Positions 18,994 through 28,887 of a stretch of 53,190 bases of DNA are shown piece by piece. The first letter of the stretch is position 1; each line of letters begins with the position of its first letter. The translations under genes and the position numbers were made by a program. The notes beneath the pieces were generated by a model, which was not told the origin of the DNA, ran no database searches, and saw nothing but the letters and a program-made list of their open reading frames with translations. Source of the DNA: a virus (Duplodnaviria > Caudoviricetes); IMG/VR virus record IMGVR_UViG_3300018083_000037, positions 1-53,190 of that record; one strand, given 5' to 3'.

Positions 18994-19767
18994 ATGATCA
19001 ACATTGCCATAGAAGACATGCTGGCCGCTGTACAAAAAAAAGTACAGGATAAAGTACCTGTTTCTGTAATAAGATATGGCGATGGGGAAGCCATCATCCT
19101 TAATGGCTTTAAAGACGAAGCAAAACTGGTTTATGTTTCAAAGCGGCAGTTCGGCCAAATGCTCCCCTATGATGACCTGAAGCAAATACAGGCTAACCTG
19201 GTGGAGGCTTATGCCGGCGCTGATATCATAGGGGTACCGGTAAACAACCGGTTTATGGAGGATAGGAATAGCTACTGGTATAAAGCTTTTGGCATCCTGG
19301 ATGAAGCGATCGGCATCGATGTTTTACAAAACAAACTTCTCACTTCAATAGACTTTCACATTCACTGGCTTCAACACAAAAGTTTTGAAGAATTACTCAC
19401 CGGCAGAAAGCATCTGTGTTATATATCCTGCAGAAAGTTGGATCAGGAATTAAAAAAGCGATTCAGCATTGAAAATGTTTGGTCATACCAGATCGCGCCT
19501 GAAATGAAATTCACTTCCGGATATAAAGGCAAAAAGCATTTCCCTGATCAATTTAAAGAAATAAGAAGGTGGGTGACAAAAGTACCTGTTGAAGATACTA
19601 TTTGCCTGGTGGGCGCTGGTGTGGCAGGAAAGATATACTGCAATTGGTTTCGTGATCTTGGCGGATATGCAATCGATGTGGGATCCGTAATGGATTCGTG
19701 GGCCGGAAAAGTTACAAGAGGCCAGAATCGTGGATTGGATGCCGTTGATGAAACTTATAAACTGTAA
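18994..19767 (+). CDS. GT-D fold glycosyltransferase
   Basis: 'SVIRYGDGE' start, 'LVGAGVAGK', 'AIDVGSVMD' end. Confidence 0.75.
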   Translation: MINIAIEDMLAAVQKKVQDKVPVSVIRYGDGEAIILNGFKDEAKLVYVSKRQFGQMLPYDDLKQIQANLVEAYAGADIIGVPVNNRFMEDRNSYWYKAFGILDEAIGIDVLQNKLLTSIDFHIHWLQHKSFEELLTGRKHLCYISCRKLDQELKKRFSIENVWSYQIAPEMKFTSGYKGKKHFPDQFKEIRRWVTKVPVEDTICLVGAGVAGKIYCNWFRDLGGYAIDVGSVMDSWAGKVTRGQNRGLDAVDETYKL

Positions 19768-19769
19768 CA

Positions 19770-20186
19770 ATGGACATCATTTATTCTAAGATACAGCCAC
19801 GTTTAGTCTGTCATTTAGTAATAAGAGCAGAAGATTTTACTTCACAAAGAATCGACGTTACTGAGGCATATCATTTGTTGCAACTGGCTTTGCTGAAATT
19901 ACCAAAAGGAAAAACATTTAAGCCTCATCGTCATATTCCAAAAAAGCTGGAAACGAATTCTGCAGCGCAGGAAATGTTCATTTGCATCAAAGGTCAAATC
20001 AAATGCAAATTTTATGACATTGAAGGAAGTGAAATAATTGCGGAACCAATATTGAATCCCGGTGATGCCAGCCTTACTTTGGCTGGTGGGCATAACTATG
20101 AAATGTTAGAGGACAATACCATTATTTATGAAATAAAATCGGGGCCATATTTAGGAGTTGAGAAAGATAAAACATTTATAGAATGA
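19770..20186 (+). CDS. Cupin (WbuC-like) sugar-nucleotide protein
   Basis: 'PHRH', 'QEMF', 'GGHNY', 'YEIKSGPY'. Confidence 0.75.
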   Translation: MDIIYSKIQPRLVCHLVIRAEDFTSQRIDVTEAYHLLQLALLKLPKGKTFKPHRHIPKKLETNSAAQEMFICIKGQIKCKFYDIEGSEIIAEPILNPGDASLTLAGGHNYEMLEDNTIIYEIKSGPYLGVEKDKTFIE

Positions 20187-20794
20187 GTTTGCCAGTAACT
20201 GTGACCACGTCAGATGCCTATCACCACATATTGCCGGTATTCTTTAAGCAATACAATAAATTTTGGGGAGATCCATTCGATCTTGTTGGATATAAAAAGC
20301 CGCCTGACTTGCCATCTAATTGCACATTTGTTTCTTTAGGTGTGCAAAGGGGTCCTAAATTCTTTACTGATGATTTAGCGCCCTATTTCCAAAAGCAAGA
20401 TACTTGGGTGGTATGGCTTTTTGAAGATTCACTGATCAAGGGCTTTGATAGAGTTGCCTTTGATAAAATAGTTGATACGTTTAGTATAAACCCTGATATT
20501 GGAAAAATAAACCTCACTAACGAGGGCATGCACCGGGATCATGAACTTGCGGGTGATTATTTCTATGTCGTTACAAACACTTTATATCGTTTATCAACGC
20601 AGCCGGCAATCTGGAATCGAGACTTTCTTTTACGCTACATGACACCCGGACTATCACCCTGGGGTTTTGAGACAAAAGTGGCATACCCATCAGACAACTA
20701 TAAGATTGTTGGACCTACAACAAATATTCTGAACCACAACGAGGGCGTTCGCAAGCATGATATTCATAATCTAAATATGGAGGGTATTGAATAA
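20183..20794 (+). CDS. Putative glycosyltransferase-like protein
   Basis: 'TSDAY', 'WLFED', 'QPAIWNRDFL...SPWGFE'; cluster context. Confidence 0.5.
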   Translation: MSLPVTVTTSDAYHHILPVFFKQYNKFWGDPFDLVGYKKPPDLPSNCTFVSLGVQRGPKFFTDDLAPYFQKQDTWVVWLFEDSLIKGFDRVAFDKIVDTFSINPDIGKINLTNEGMHRDHELAGDYFYVVTNTLYRLSTQPAIWNRDFLLRYMTPGLSPWGFETKVAYPSDNYKIVGPTTNILNHNEGVRKHDIHNLNMEGIE

Positions 20795-21348
20795 TGAAAA
20801 TCGCGATTGGAACTGGTAAGCGTTTTATGGGGGATGATTGGCTCCACATAGACGGTGCCCCGTTTCCCCACGTACAAAGTGATGATATCTGGCTGGGACA
20901 ACTAGCGGATGACAGTGCTGAAGTCGTTTACTCCTCACATTTTTTGGAGTATTTCAACCGGCAATTCGGGATGGAATTAGTTAAATGTTGGCGCCGGGTT
21001 TTAAGGCCAGGGGGTACGCTCCGGCTGGCGGTTCCCGACTTTGATGCAATGGCTTATGCCTTGCAAAACGGGTTTAAGTTGAAGGATATCCTTGGTCCTT
21101 TATACGGAAAGATGATGATGGGCAACCAGGAAATCTATCACAAGACTGTTTATAATTATGAAGATATGGTTGAGTTTTTATTGTCTGCTGGATATAACCA
21201 TATCAGACGCTATGATTGGCGGCTAACCGATCATGCGAATATAGACGATTGCAGTCGAGCATATCTCCCCCACGACATCGAGGCAATAAGAACAGGCGTT
21301 TTTGATAATCATCTTTTGATTTCACTAAACGTGGAAGCTACTAAATGA
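20794..21348 (+). CDS. Class I SAM-dependent methyltransferase
   Basis: 'IAIGTG', 'YSSHFLEY', 'RVLRPGGTLRLAVPD'. Confidence 0.85.
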   Translation: MKIAIGTGKRFMGDDWLHIDGAPFPHVQSDDIWLGQLADDSAEVVYSSHFLEYFNRQFGMELVKCWRRVLRPGGTLRLAVPDFDAMAYALQNGFKLKDILGPLYGKMMMGNQEIYHKTVYNYEDMVEFLLSAGYNHIRRYDWRLTDHANIDDCSRAYLPHDIEAIRTGVFDNHLLISLNVEATK

Positions 21349-22379
21349 AGATTTGCTATATCATAGCGACCTGATCCGGCAAAAGGAGAAACCCGAGCAC
21401 GGAGTATTTAAAAAAGCACCTGAAGCGGTTGTTTGAATTAAAACATTCTATTGATAAAATAGTTGTGGTAAAACCAATCGGCAGCGATGATAAAAGGTTT
21501 TACGATCTTGATCCGGAAACATTATCTAAAATAGAAATACTGGAAAGGCCGGAAAATGACCGGTCATACGGACAGTTTTTATTTGCCTACAAGGAATACG
21601 GACAAGAGTTTTCCCATTATATAATTACTGAGGATGATTACATTCCCAACCTGGACAATTTCGACTCGATACTGGTTAACCTGATGGAGGAAAAACGCTG
21701 TGATTACCTATGCGGGAAATATGGCCGCGCTAAAAGGTCCGACCCGTTTCATCCACAGCAAAACATGGGGATAGTCACCGCCGAAGCATTTGATAAAATT
21801 TTGTCAGCAATCCCTAATCCAACATTTTATAAGAACGGAGACAACGACGGCCAGGAGTTTATCATGTTCGGAAATCTGTTCTCACAGAACGGGCTAACGA
21901 TCGCCGATTATTCAGCACAATATTCTGTTCCGCAGTTTGACAGGTATATGAGGTGGTTCACAGCCGACCGAAGCATAGAGACGATTTTTGTTCCTTACCA
22001 ATTATTATACCACAGGGCTTTCACGTATGAAGAAGATACCGAGGATTCTGTTGGTGATCCCAATTCCCATTTTTTAATGGATATGTCCTTTGACGGAAGG
22101 AAGAACATTTTTACCGTAACGATTGACGTAGATAATAAAGGCTTTTTCTCAACACATCGGGAAAATAATTTACTGTTCATAGAACTTAATCTCAAAGCTT
22201 ACGAATTATCAGTATTAGAACGGTTTGTTTATGAAAATAGAAGTGAAAGGGTTTATATGCGGCTGCCAATTGATGACCTGATAATTGATAAAATGATATC
22301 ACTGAATTGGAATATACTTTCCGAAGATAATGGGAAACTTACTCTAAGCAAATACTACTATGAACAAGCACGAAATTAA
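21345..22379 (+). pseudogene. GT-like gene with in-frame TGA at codon 10
   Basis: ATG 21345 (ATGA-coupled) reads MKICYIIAT*SGKRR..., in frame with ORF 21429-22379 ('SYGQF', 'TEDDY'). Confidence 0.6.
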
Positions 22380-22974
22380 GAAGCTGATCGATAAAGCCAA
22401 CCCGGTGGTGCTGGATATCGGCTGCTATAATGGTAAAGACAGCAAGGAATTAGCTGATATCCTTAACTGTGAAGTCCATTGTTTTGAACCGGATCCCTTA
22501 TCGCAGGAAATATTCTTACAGGATCACATGAATGATCGCCGTTTAAAACTTTATGGTTGTGCATTGACGAATATTGATGGTGAGATTGATTTTTATCAAA
22601 GCGATCATCCGCAAAGTAATTCAGCCAGGCTGCCCCATGAACACTTGGATATATTCCCGGATATAAAATTTGATGATGTAATCACGGTATCCAGTGAAAG
22701 GCTGGATACCTGGTATCAGTCGGTCCTTAAAGATAAAATCATCGATTTTATTTGGGCTGATGTAAACGGGTCTGAAAAGGATCTGATCGATGGTGGAATT
22801 CAGGCACTCAGTAAGACCCGTTTTTTATACATAGAAGCCGCAAAAAAAGAATTGTACCAGGGACAGCCGCATTATGATTTCCTTAAACAGATCCTGCCGG
22901 ATTTCAAAGCGTTGTGCATGTATAATTGGGGGGACAACTTCGGGAATATTTTATTAAAAAATATGGCTTTATGA
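22360..22974 (+). CDS. FkbM-family methyltransferase
   Basis: 'LDIGCYNG', 'FEPDP', 'IDFIWADVNGSE'. Confidence 0.9.
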   Translation: MNKHEIKKLIDKANPVVLDIGCYNGKDSKELADILNCEVHCFEPDPLSQEIFLQDHMNDRRLKLYGCALTNIDGEIDFYQSDHPQSNSARLPHEHLDIFPDIKFDDVITVSSERLDTWYQSVLKDKIIDFIWADVNGSEKDLIDGGIQALSKTRFLYIEAAKKELYQGQPHYDFLKQILPDFKALCMYNWGDNFGNILLKNMAL

Positions 22975-23564
22975 ATTGGGAAACGGTAAAGGAGTTTGAA
23001 AACAAGGTGGCCGAATTTTTCGGTGCGCCTTTTGGCATTGCTGTAGACAGCGCCACTCACGGCATCGAGCTTTGCTTACGATACACCAACGCAAAGGTTA
23101 TTGCCTGCCCGAAGCGAACATACTTGTCAGTTCCAATGCTTGCTGAAAAATTAGGTATCAGACGAGAATGGATGGATTGGAATTGGGAAGATTATTATAT
23201 GCTGACACCAAGAGTGATCGATGCTGCTGTTCTATGGAAAAGGGACAGCTATATCAGGAACACATTCATGTGCATCAGCTTTCAATTTCAGAAGCACCTT
23301 AATCTCTGCCGGGGAGGAATTATTTTGACCGATGATGCATTTGCTGCTCACATGTTAAGAAAGATGGCATACGATGGCAGGATCCCGGGCATACCCTGGC
23401 GCCAACAGAATGTTGAAGTAATAGGTTACCACTATTATATGGCACCAGAAACTGCACAATTGGGGCTGGATAAATTGGATGTAGCTATAAATACTGAGCC
23501 GAAAAAATGGAAGGTTGAAGAATGGCCGGACCTTACAAAAATGTCAATATTTAAAAATGGTTAG
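22971..23564 (+). CDS. Short DegT/DnrJ-family PLP aminotransferase
   Basis: 'FENKVAEF', 'VDSATHG', 'IDAA', 'SFQFQKHL...GGII'; start at ATGA overlap. Confidence 0.8.
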   Translation: MNWETVKEFENKVAEFFGAPFGIAVDSATHGIELCLRYTNAKVIACPKRTYLSVPMLAEKLGIRREWMDWNWEDYYMLTPRVIDAAVLWKRDSYIRNTFMCISFQFQKHLNLCRGGIILTDDAFAAHMLRKMAYDGRIPGIPWRQQNVEVIGYHYYMAPETAQLGLDKLDVAINTEPKKWKVEEWPDLTKMSIFKNG

Positions 23565-24117
23565 CAAGGCTGAAATTGATTTTTATAAACAGCACATTCA
23601 GGATTGGAATGTTGTCTTTGATGTCGGCTGCCAGCATGATAACATTTTCGATGAACTGAAGCCTGGAATTGAAGTCCACATGTTTGATCCAATAGGTAGT
23701 GCGGAACTACCGGATAAGATTAAAGGCAAATCAAATATTTATTATAATGAATTCGCATTAGGAAACTTTACCGGAACAGTTGGGTTCCATCCGGGTTATG
23801 GTTCCATCCATCATCGAAAAGAACTTGGTTCCAATTACGACCATACTGAAACAATGGTTCCTATTGATACTTTATTCAATTACTGCGACCAGAAAAATAT
23901 CAAATCAATCGACCTGCTTAAAATAGACACAGAGGGGTATGATTTTGAAGTTATCAAAGGTGCAAAAGAATGGGTATTAAGCGGGATAAAATATATCCAG
24001 TTTGAAGATTGGTCAGACGAAATGTTTTTACAAATAATATACTATTTAGGAACAATGGTTAAAGATACTGTGCTATTAAAAAGCAAGCCAATAAACTATA
24101 TTATAAAACTTCTATGA
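23557..24117 (+). CDS. FkbM-family methyltransferase
   Basis: 'VFDVGC', 'IDLLKIDTEGYDFEVIKGA', 'IQFE'. Confidence 0.9.
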   Translation: MVSKAEIDFYKQHIQDWNVVFDVGCQHDNIFDELKPGIEVHMFDPIGSAELPDKIKGKSNIYYNEFALGNFTGTVGFHPGYGSIHHRKELGSNYDHTETMVPIDTLFNYCDQKNIKSIDLLKIDTEGYDFEVIKGAKEWVLSGIKYIQFEDWSDEMFLQIIYYLGTMVKDTVLLKSKPINYIIKLL

Positions 24118-25103
24118 AGGCACTGATAACGGGAATTAGCGGACAGGATGGATCTTATTTATCCGAGTATCTTTTATCACTTGGTTACGAAGTGCACGGA
24201 ATTATTCGCAGGAATAGTGTGCCAGAACACCAGGAAAGCAGGATTGGCCATTTGGAATCAAAAATAAAAACCTATTACGGCGATCTTATGGATATGGGAT
24301 CGCTGCTTTCCATTGTTGACAATGTGCGGCCGGACGAGGTCTATAATTTGGCAGCACAGAGCCACGTGCGTATCAGCAGCGATGTGCAAAGTTTTACCGG
24401 AAATGTAAATGCCGTTGGTGCGTTGAATTTACTACAGGTGGTTAAATTCATTTGCCCGAAGGCGAAATATTACCAGGCTTCATCGAGTGAAATGTTCGGC
24501 AGTTCTGTTGATAACGATGGCTACCAGAGAGAGAGCACCCCAATGCACCCGGTTAGTCCTTATGGCGCTGCAAAACTGTATGCCTACCACATGACCAGGC
24601 ATTACCGGAAGGCTTATGGAATGCATGCCTGCAATGGTATTTTATTCAACCACGAGAGCCCGCGACGTGGAAGCAATTTTGTTACCAATAAAGTAATTAA
24701 AGCGGCAGTGCAAATAAAGTTAGGGTTGCTCGATAAGCTACAATTAGGCAACATTGGTTCCTTCAGGGATTGGGGCCATTCAAAAGATTACGTCCGGGCT
24801 ATGTGGATGATATTACAAAACCCCACACCGGATGATTTTGTGGTTGCAACAGGACAGGCGAGATCCGTAGAAGAAATGGTGCACTATGTTTTCGGCAAAT
24901 TAAATCTTGATTACCGGAAATATATTGTAATAAATCCAAAATATTTAAGACCAGATGAATTGCCTTATTTAAGAGGCGATGCTAGTAAGATAAAGGGAAC
25001 ATTACATTGGGAACCGGAAATAAGTTTTGAGCGACTAATGGATGAGATGTTGGATCACTGGTTAACTATCTATGATAAAAACCACTTACCAGAATTCCTA
25101 TGA
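24114..25103 (+). CDS. gmd: GDP-mannose 4,6-dehydratase
   Basis: 'ALITGISGQDGSYL', 'YNLAAQSHV', 'YQASSSE', 'SPYGAAK', 'FNHESPRRG', 'RDWGH'. Confidence 0.97.
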   Translation: MKALITGISGQDGSYLSEYLLSLGYEVHGIIRRNSVPEHQESRIGHLESKIKTYYGDLMDMGSLLSIVDNVRPDEVYNLAAQSHVRISSDVQSFTGNVNAVGALNLLQVVKFICPKAKYYQASSSEMFGSSVDNDGYQRESTPMHPVSPYGAAKLYAYHMTRHYRKAYGMHACNGILFNHESPRRGSNFVTNKVIKAAVQIKLGLLDKLQLGNIGSFRDWGHSKDYVRAMWMILQNPTPDDFVVATGQARSVEEMVHYVFGKLNLDYRKYIVINPKYLRPDELPYLRGDASKIKGTLHWEPEISFERLMDEMLDHWLTIYDKNHLPEFL

Positions 25104-25783
25104 AGACAATTTTCACCGCCATATTCGGTCCCTATGATGATCTCAAAGATCCACTGATCATCACTCCCGGATGGGATTATATCTGTTTCACGGATCAACC
25201 ATTTAAAAGCGATGTGTGGAAAATAATCCAAAAGCCAATGATGCCGGAAGGTGCAGCCAGAACAGCCAGGTACTATAAGATAATGTTTCACCGGCATGTC
25301 GAAAGAGATGAAAGTATTTGGATAGATGCCAGCTTTATTATTAACTGTAACCTGGATGACTGGTGGATGCGATTTAAAGAGCCCATGACTTGCGTGAAGC
25401 ATCCCATTAGAAATGATGTGTATGCCGAAGCACAGGCCTGTATTGATCAAAGGAGAGGCGATAGCAGGACAATTATGAAGCAGGTTGAATTATATTGGAA
25501 GATTGGCCTGCCGAAGAACAACGGCCTGATTGCTTCGGGGATATTAATGAGGCAAATGAAGCAGCCTGTAATTGATATCTGTGACTTATGGTGGCGCCAG
25601 CTGTCACAGCACAGTACCAGGGACCAGATATCACTTGCTTACGCCGTGTGGAAGATGCCGGTCCCTTATTACACTGAGTATAATTACAGCAGTGAAACTG
25701 ATTTTTTGTATATGTATCATTTGAATTCCCCGAAACGGCAAAAGAGGATTGACTATTATAAATCGATAAATCTTTTAAAGTGA
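25100..25783 (+). CDS. DUF616-like glycosyltransferase
   Basis: 'FTAIFGPYD', 'YICFTD', 'SIWIDAS', 'HPIRN', 'RDQIS'. Confidence 0.8.
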   Translation: MKTIFTAIFGPYDDLKDPLIITPGWDYICFTDQPFKSDVWKIIQKPMMPEGAARTARYYKIMFHRHVERDESIWIDASFIINCNLDDWWMRFKEPMTCVKHPIRNDVYAEAQACIDQRRGDSRTIMKQVELYWKIGLPKNNGLIASGILMRQMKQPVIDICDLWWRQLSQHSTRDQISLAYAVWKMPVPYYTEYNYSSETDFLYMYHLNSPKRQKRIDYYKSINLLK

Positions 25784-26355
25784 ACCACACCTTCCTTTTA
25801 AATTTGATCGCTGAAAAAATAAAGGCTACATCCTATTTGGAAATTGGTGTGCAGAACACGGCCAACAACTTTGATAAAATTAAAGTTCAGGATAAGATTG
25901 GTGTGGATCCAAATGTTCAAAACAGTAAGATCCTTCCACTTACTTCTGATGCTTTCTTCCGGTTGAGTTCAAAGCATTTTAAACTTGGTTTTATTGACGG
26001 CCTTCACCATGATGACCAGGTAAAAAGGGATATCATCAATACGTGGTTTGCGCTAAAGCCTGGCGGTGTCATGATGATACATGACTGCAATCCCGATCGG
26101 GAAGAAATAACCCATACTCCAAGAGATAGCAAAATTTGGACAGGTAACGTCTACAAAACCATTTGCCAGATTGCTTCACCACCAAAATTTACTATAGACG
26201 TGGATTATGGGTGTTGCATTTTAAGAAACAATGATGACCGGTTATTATTTAATGACCGAGAAGTAAGCTGGGAAGATTTTGATAAAAACCGGAAGCAGTT
26301 ATTGAATTTGGTAACCGTTGAAGAAGGATTAAAAATTATTGATTCATGGATCTAA
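25780..26355 (+). CDS. Class I SAM methyltransferase (Methyltransf_24-like)
   Basis: 'YLEIGV', 'FIDGLH', 'LKPGGVMMIHD'. Confidence 0.85.
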   Translation: MNHTFLLNLIAEKIKATSYLEIGVQNTANNFDKIKVQDKIGVDPNVQNSKILPLTSDAFFRLSSKHFKLGFIDGLHHDDQVKRDIINTWFALKPGGVMMIHDCNPDREEITHTPRDSKIWTGNVYKTICQIASPPKFTIDVDYGCCILRNNDDRLLFNDREVSWEDFDKNRKQLLNLVTVEEGLKIIDSWI

Positions 26356-27062
26356 TCTACATTGTCGGAGCTGATTTAAAGCACAATCACCTGGAATTGA
26401 AGTATTCCATCCGTTCTATGCAGAAGCACCTGGATAGCATTGGCAAGCTTTTTATTGTTGGTGAATATCCATCTTTTTTAAACGGTGCCATTCATATCCC
26501 GGCCACGGATCCGCATAGGCATAACGATGCCAGGAATATCTATGAAAAAATACTGCTGGCGTGCAACGATAGGCGGGTAGGTAAAAAATCACTGTACTGC
26601 AGCGATGATTATTTCCTGAACCGGAATTTCAACAGCTCTGAGTTCCCTTATTTCTATGAGGGTGATATAATAACAGTCAACAACCGTGTGAGTGCAACCG
26701 GAACATATAAGCCATACGTGCAGGCTACACTGACCGCTTTACAGCAAAGAAATCTTCCGGTTAAATATTTCAATGTTCATTCCCCAATCATTTATGACAA
26801 GGCACTATTTAAAAAACTGATGCCTGACTTTGATTGGTCAGGAAAGTTTGGCTTTATCGCTAAGTCTCTTTATGGAAATGCCGCCGGGATTGAAGGTGTG
26901 CCGGTAATGGATTGTAAGATCAGGACACCAAAAACAAAAACAGCAATCGCCAGGTATATTAACGATGTGCCATTCTTTTCAACCAACCATCATGCCATCA
27001 ATAAAGAAATGATTGAAACGCTGGAGGAATTGTATCCTGTAAAATCAAAATGGGAAATCTAA
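26346..27062 (+). CDS. Stealth-like/glycosyltransferase-like protein
   Basis: 'ELKYSIRS', 'LFIVG', 'SDDYF', 'HSP'. Confidence 0.55.
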   Translation: MDLIYIVGADLKHNHLELKYSIRSMQKHLDSIGKLFIVGEYPSFLNGAIHIPATDPHRHNDARNIYEKILLACNDRRVGKKSLYCSDDYFLNRNFNSSEFPYFYEGDIITVNNRVSATGTYKPYVQATLTALQQRNLPVKYFNVHSPIIYDKALFKKLMPDFDWSGKFGFIAKSLYGNAAGIEGVPVMDCKIRTPKTKTAIARYINDVPFFSTNHHAINKEMIETLEELYPVKSKWEI

Positions 27063-27074
27063 AAACTAAGGATA

Positions 27075-27335
27075 ATGAAAATCACTAAACTTATTTCCTT
27101 CGCCTTGCTGTTGTGCCTATTATCATCATGCCAAAGAGGTTGCCAGAGAATGAAGCGCAAACTTACAAACTCACCAAGATCATACACCATTCAAATGTAT
27201 AGCGGCGGCAAGGTGGTGTTTGAAGATAGTTTTAGGGGAATAATTAACCAGGAAGAGGGAAATGGTTGCTACTATTATAAATCAGACACATTGATTGAAC
27301 TATCTGGCGACTATATCTTAAAATCAATTAAGTAA
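27075..27335 (+). CDS. Lipoprotein
   Basis: Lipobox LSS|C after hydrophobic stretch. Confidence 0.65.
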   Translation: MKITKLISFALLLCLLSSCQRGCQRMKRKLTNSPRSYTIQMYSGGKVVFEDSFRGIINQEEGNGCYYYKSDTLIELSGDYILKSIK

Positions 27336-27337
27336 AT

Positions 27338-27772
27338 ATGAAAACACTAATCCTTACCCTTCTTTTCACACTTGCACTTAATGCCTGTATCAAAGAGCCA
27401 TGCTTCACCGAAATTAGGGTCCCTGTGACGATGCTGTGCAAAAACACATCAAACTTAAAAACTATATCCATAAATTTCTACCAAGGATCCAGACCAGTGG
27501 GTGCTGATATCGTAAACTCTTCAAACTTTATACAGGACACAGCAAAGTATGTTTATAAATTTAAAGACACTGATCCCGATTTCATCACTTTTAAGACTTA
27601 CACTTTAGATGGTGGTTGGGTCGAATATGGCACACACATCTTCGCAGATACTACACTGACAAATAGCACTCAGGAGAATGGTGTACTTATTCACTTTGAG
27701 GTATCAAAACAAGAGTGGCTGAACTGCAAACAATTGGAAATTCAAAACTTCCACGGGATGGAAAAGCAGTAG
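27338..27772 (+). CDS. Lipoprotein
   Basis: Lipobox LNA|C. Confidence 0.65.
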   Translation: MKTLILTLLFTLALNACIKEPCFTEIRVPVTMLCKNTSNLKTISINFYQGSRPVGADIVNSSNFIQDTAKYVYKFKDTDPDFITFKTYTLDGGWVEYGTHIFADTTLTNSTQENGVLIHFEVSKQEWLNCKQLEIQNFHGMEKQ

Positions 27773-27805
27773 CGCATTAACGTTTTTCATATGGCAAGCA
27801 TCGTT

Positions 27806-27833
27806 AGGCCGGCTGTCTTTACAGCTGGCTTTT
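27806..27833 (+). terminator. Intrinsic terminator
   Basis: AGGCCGGCTGT-cttt-ACAGCTGGCTTTT. Confidence 0.75.
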
Positions 27834-28219
27834 GTTTATTACAGCAAACGTTGCACGCCTGGTTTGTGTGCTGTAGTGAACGTTACATTCTTATACCCGA
27901 TCGGGGCGTTTTGGTACTATTTTACCCAATTAATACCTTTTCGGGTATAATCCTACAAGTTATTACGACAATTATCACGACAGAAACAATTCAATTACGA
28001 CGAAAAGTATTTTTCCAATTATCCGGAATGATATTACCTTAGCGGAAGAAAACCGGAAATAGATTTTTCTATCTGTCAAGAGGTGCATACCCTGATAGAA
28101 AAATCTTATCCCCACAAGATGCTATTAAAAAATGCCCTTTGCGTATAACTATATATTATGTTATTTGGTTGGGGCTGTGGTGATCGGTTTTATTTTTTCA
28201 CGTCTAAACCGATCACAAG

Positions 28220-28453
28220 ATGGCGGGTGAATTAAAAGAAAAAAAAGAAGGGGTTACTAACGTCGGCACAGCCGACGAAAAAACACATCAACTAGAAACG
28301 ACTGATCCAGAGAAAATAAACCTGACCTGTCAAAAAGAATTATTCTTTGACAAGCTAAAGGATAAGGTTGGAAAATTGATTGACCAGTTTCCGGACAAAA
28401 GCACAGTCCATTTTTTTGGCACTTACGCCGTAACTACCGAAACAATTATTTAG
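28220..28453 (+). CDS. Hypothetical protein
   Basis: 77-aa ORF. Confidence 0.35.
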   Translation: MAGELKEKKEGVTNVGTADEKTHQLETTDPEKINLTCQKELFFDKLKDKVGKLIDQFPDKSTVHFFGTYAVTTETII

Positions 28454-28649
28454 GAAATTTTCCACTTATCTGCTTGTCAACTTCGGCTTCATACCGCTTT
28501 CTGATTTTCTCATCAAATTTTGGACAACACTGTGATGGATATTCAATTTTGTTCTGAATAATTCTAATGCCTATTGGCTTTTTCCCATGTACGTCGCACA
28601 CTAAATTATCAAGTGCTCTTTTTATTATCGGTAAATTCAATCCAGCCAT
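28446..28649 (-). CDS. Small Cys/His protein
   Basis: 67 aa with CxxH and CC motifs. Confidence 0.5.
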   Translation of the reverse strand: MAGLNLPIIKRALDNLVCDVHGKKPIGIRIIQNKIEYPSQCCPKFDEKIRKRYEAEVDKQISGKFPK

Positions 28650-28887
28650 AAGTTTTGGTTTCCTGTAAGATACTCATTGCTTTAAACGACCCAATAGAAG
28701 CGTGGCTTTTTTCTTGTATTCGCCCCGTGCGCCATTTAACATAAAATCAAGTTATATGGAAAGCTTCAAATTTCCCTTCTCTGCATCTTGTGGGGTTTCC
28801 GGTTTTCGTTGCCGGTCCCACATGTATTATCAATTGCATTTGGTATCTTTAATTTGCTTTGCTCTGTAGTATTTTAATTAATACTAT

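Noticed and set aside
21372-21374. Genome-wide TGA recoding or selenocysteine
   Set aside because: Many genes end in TGA with ATGA coupling; this is a single instance with no Sec machinery visible
27791-28042. 83-aa ORF (and the 50121-50324 ORF)
   Set aside because: They cross terminators or inverted repeats and lack protein-like features
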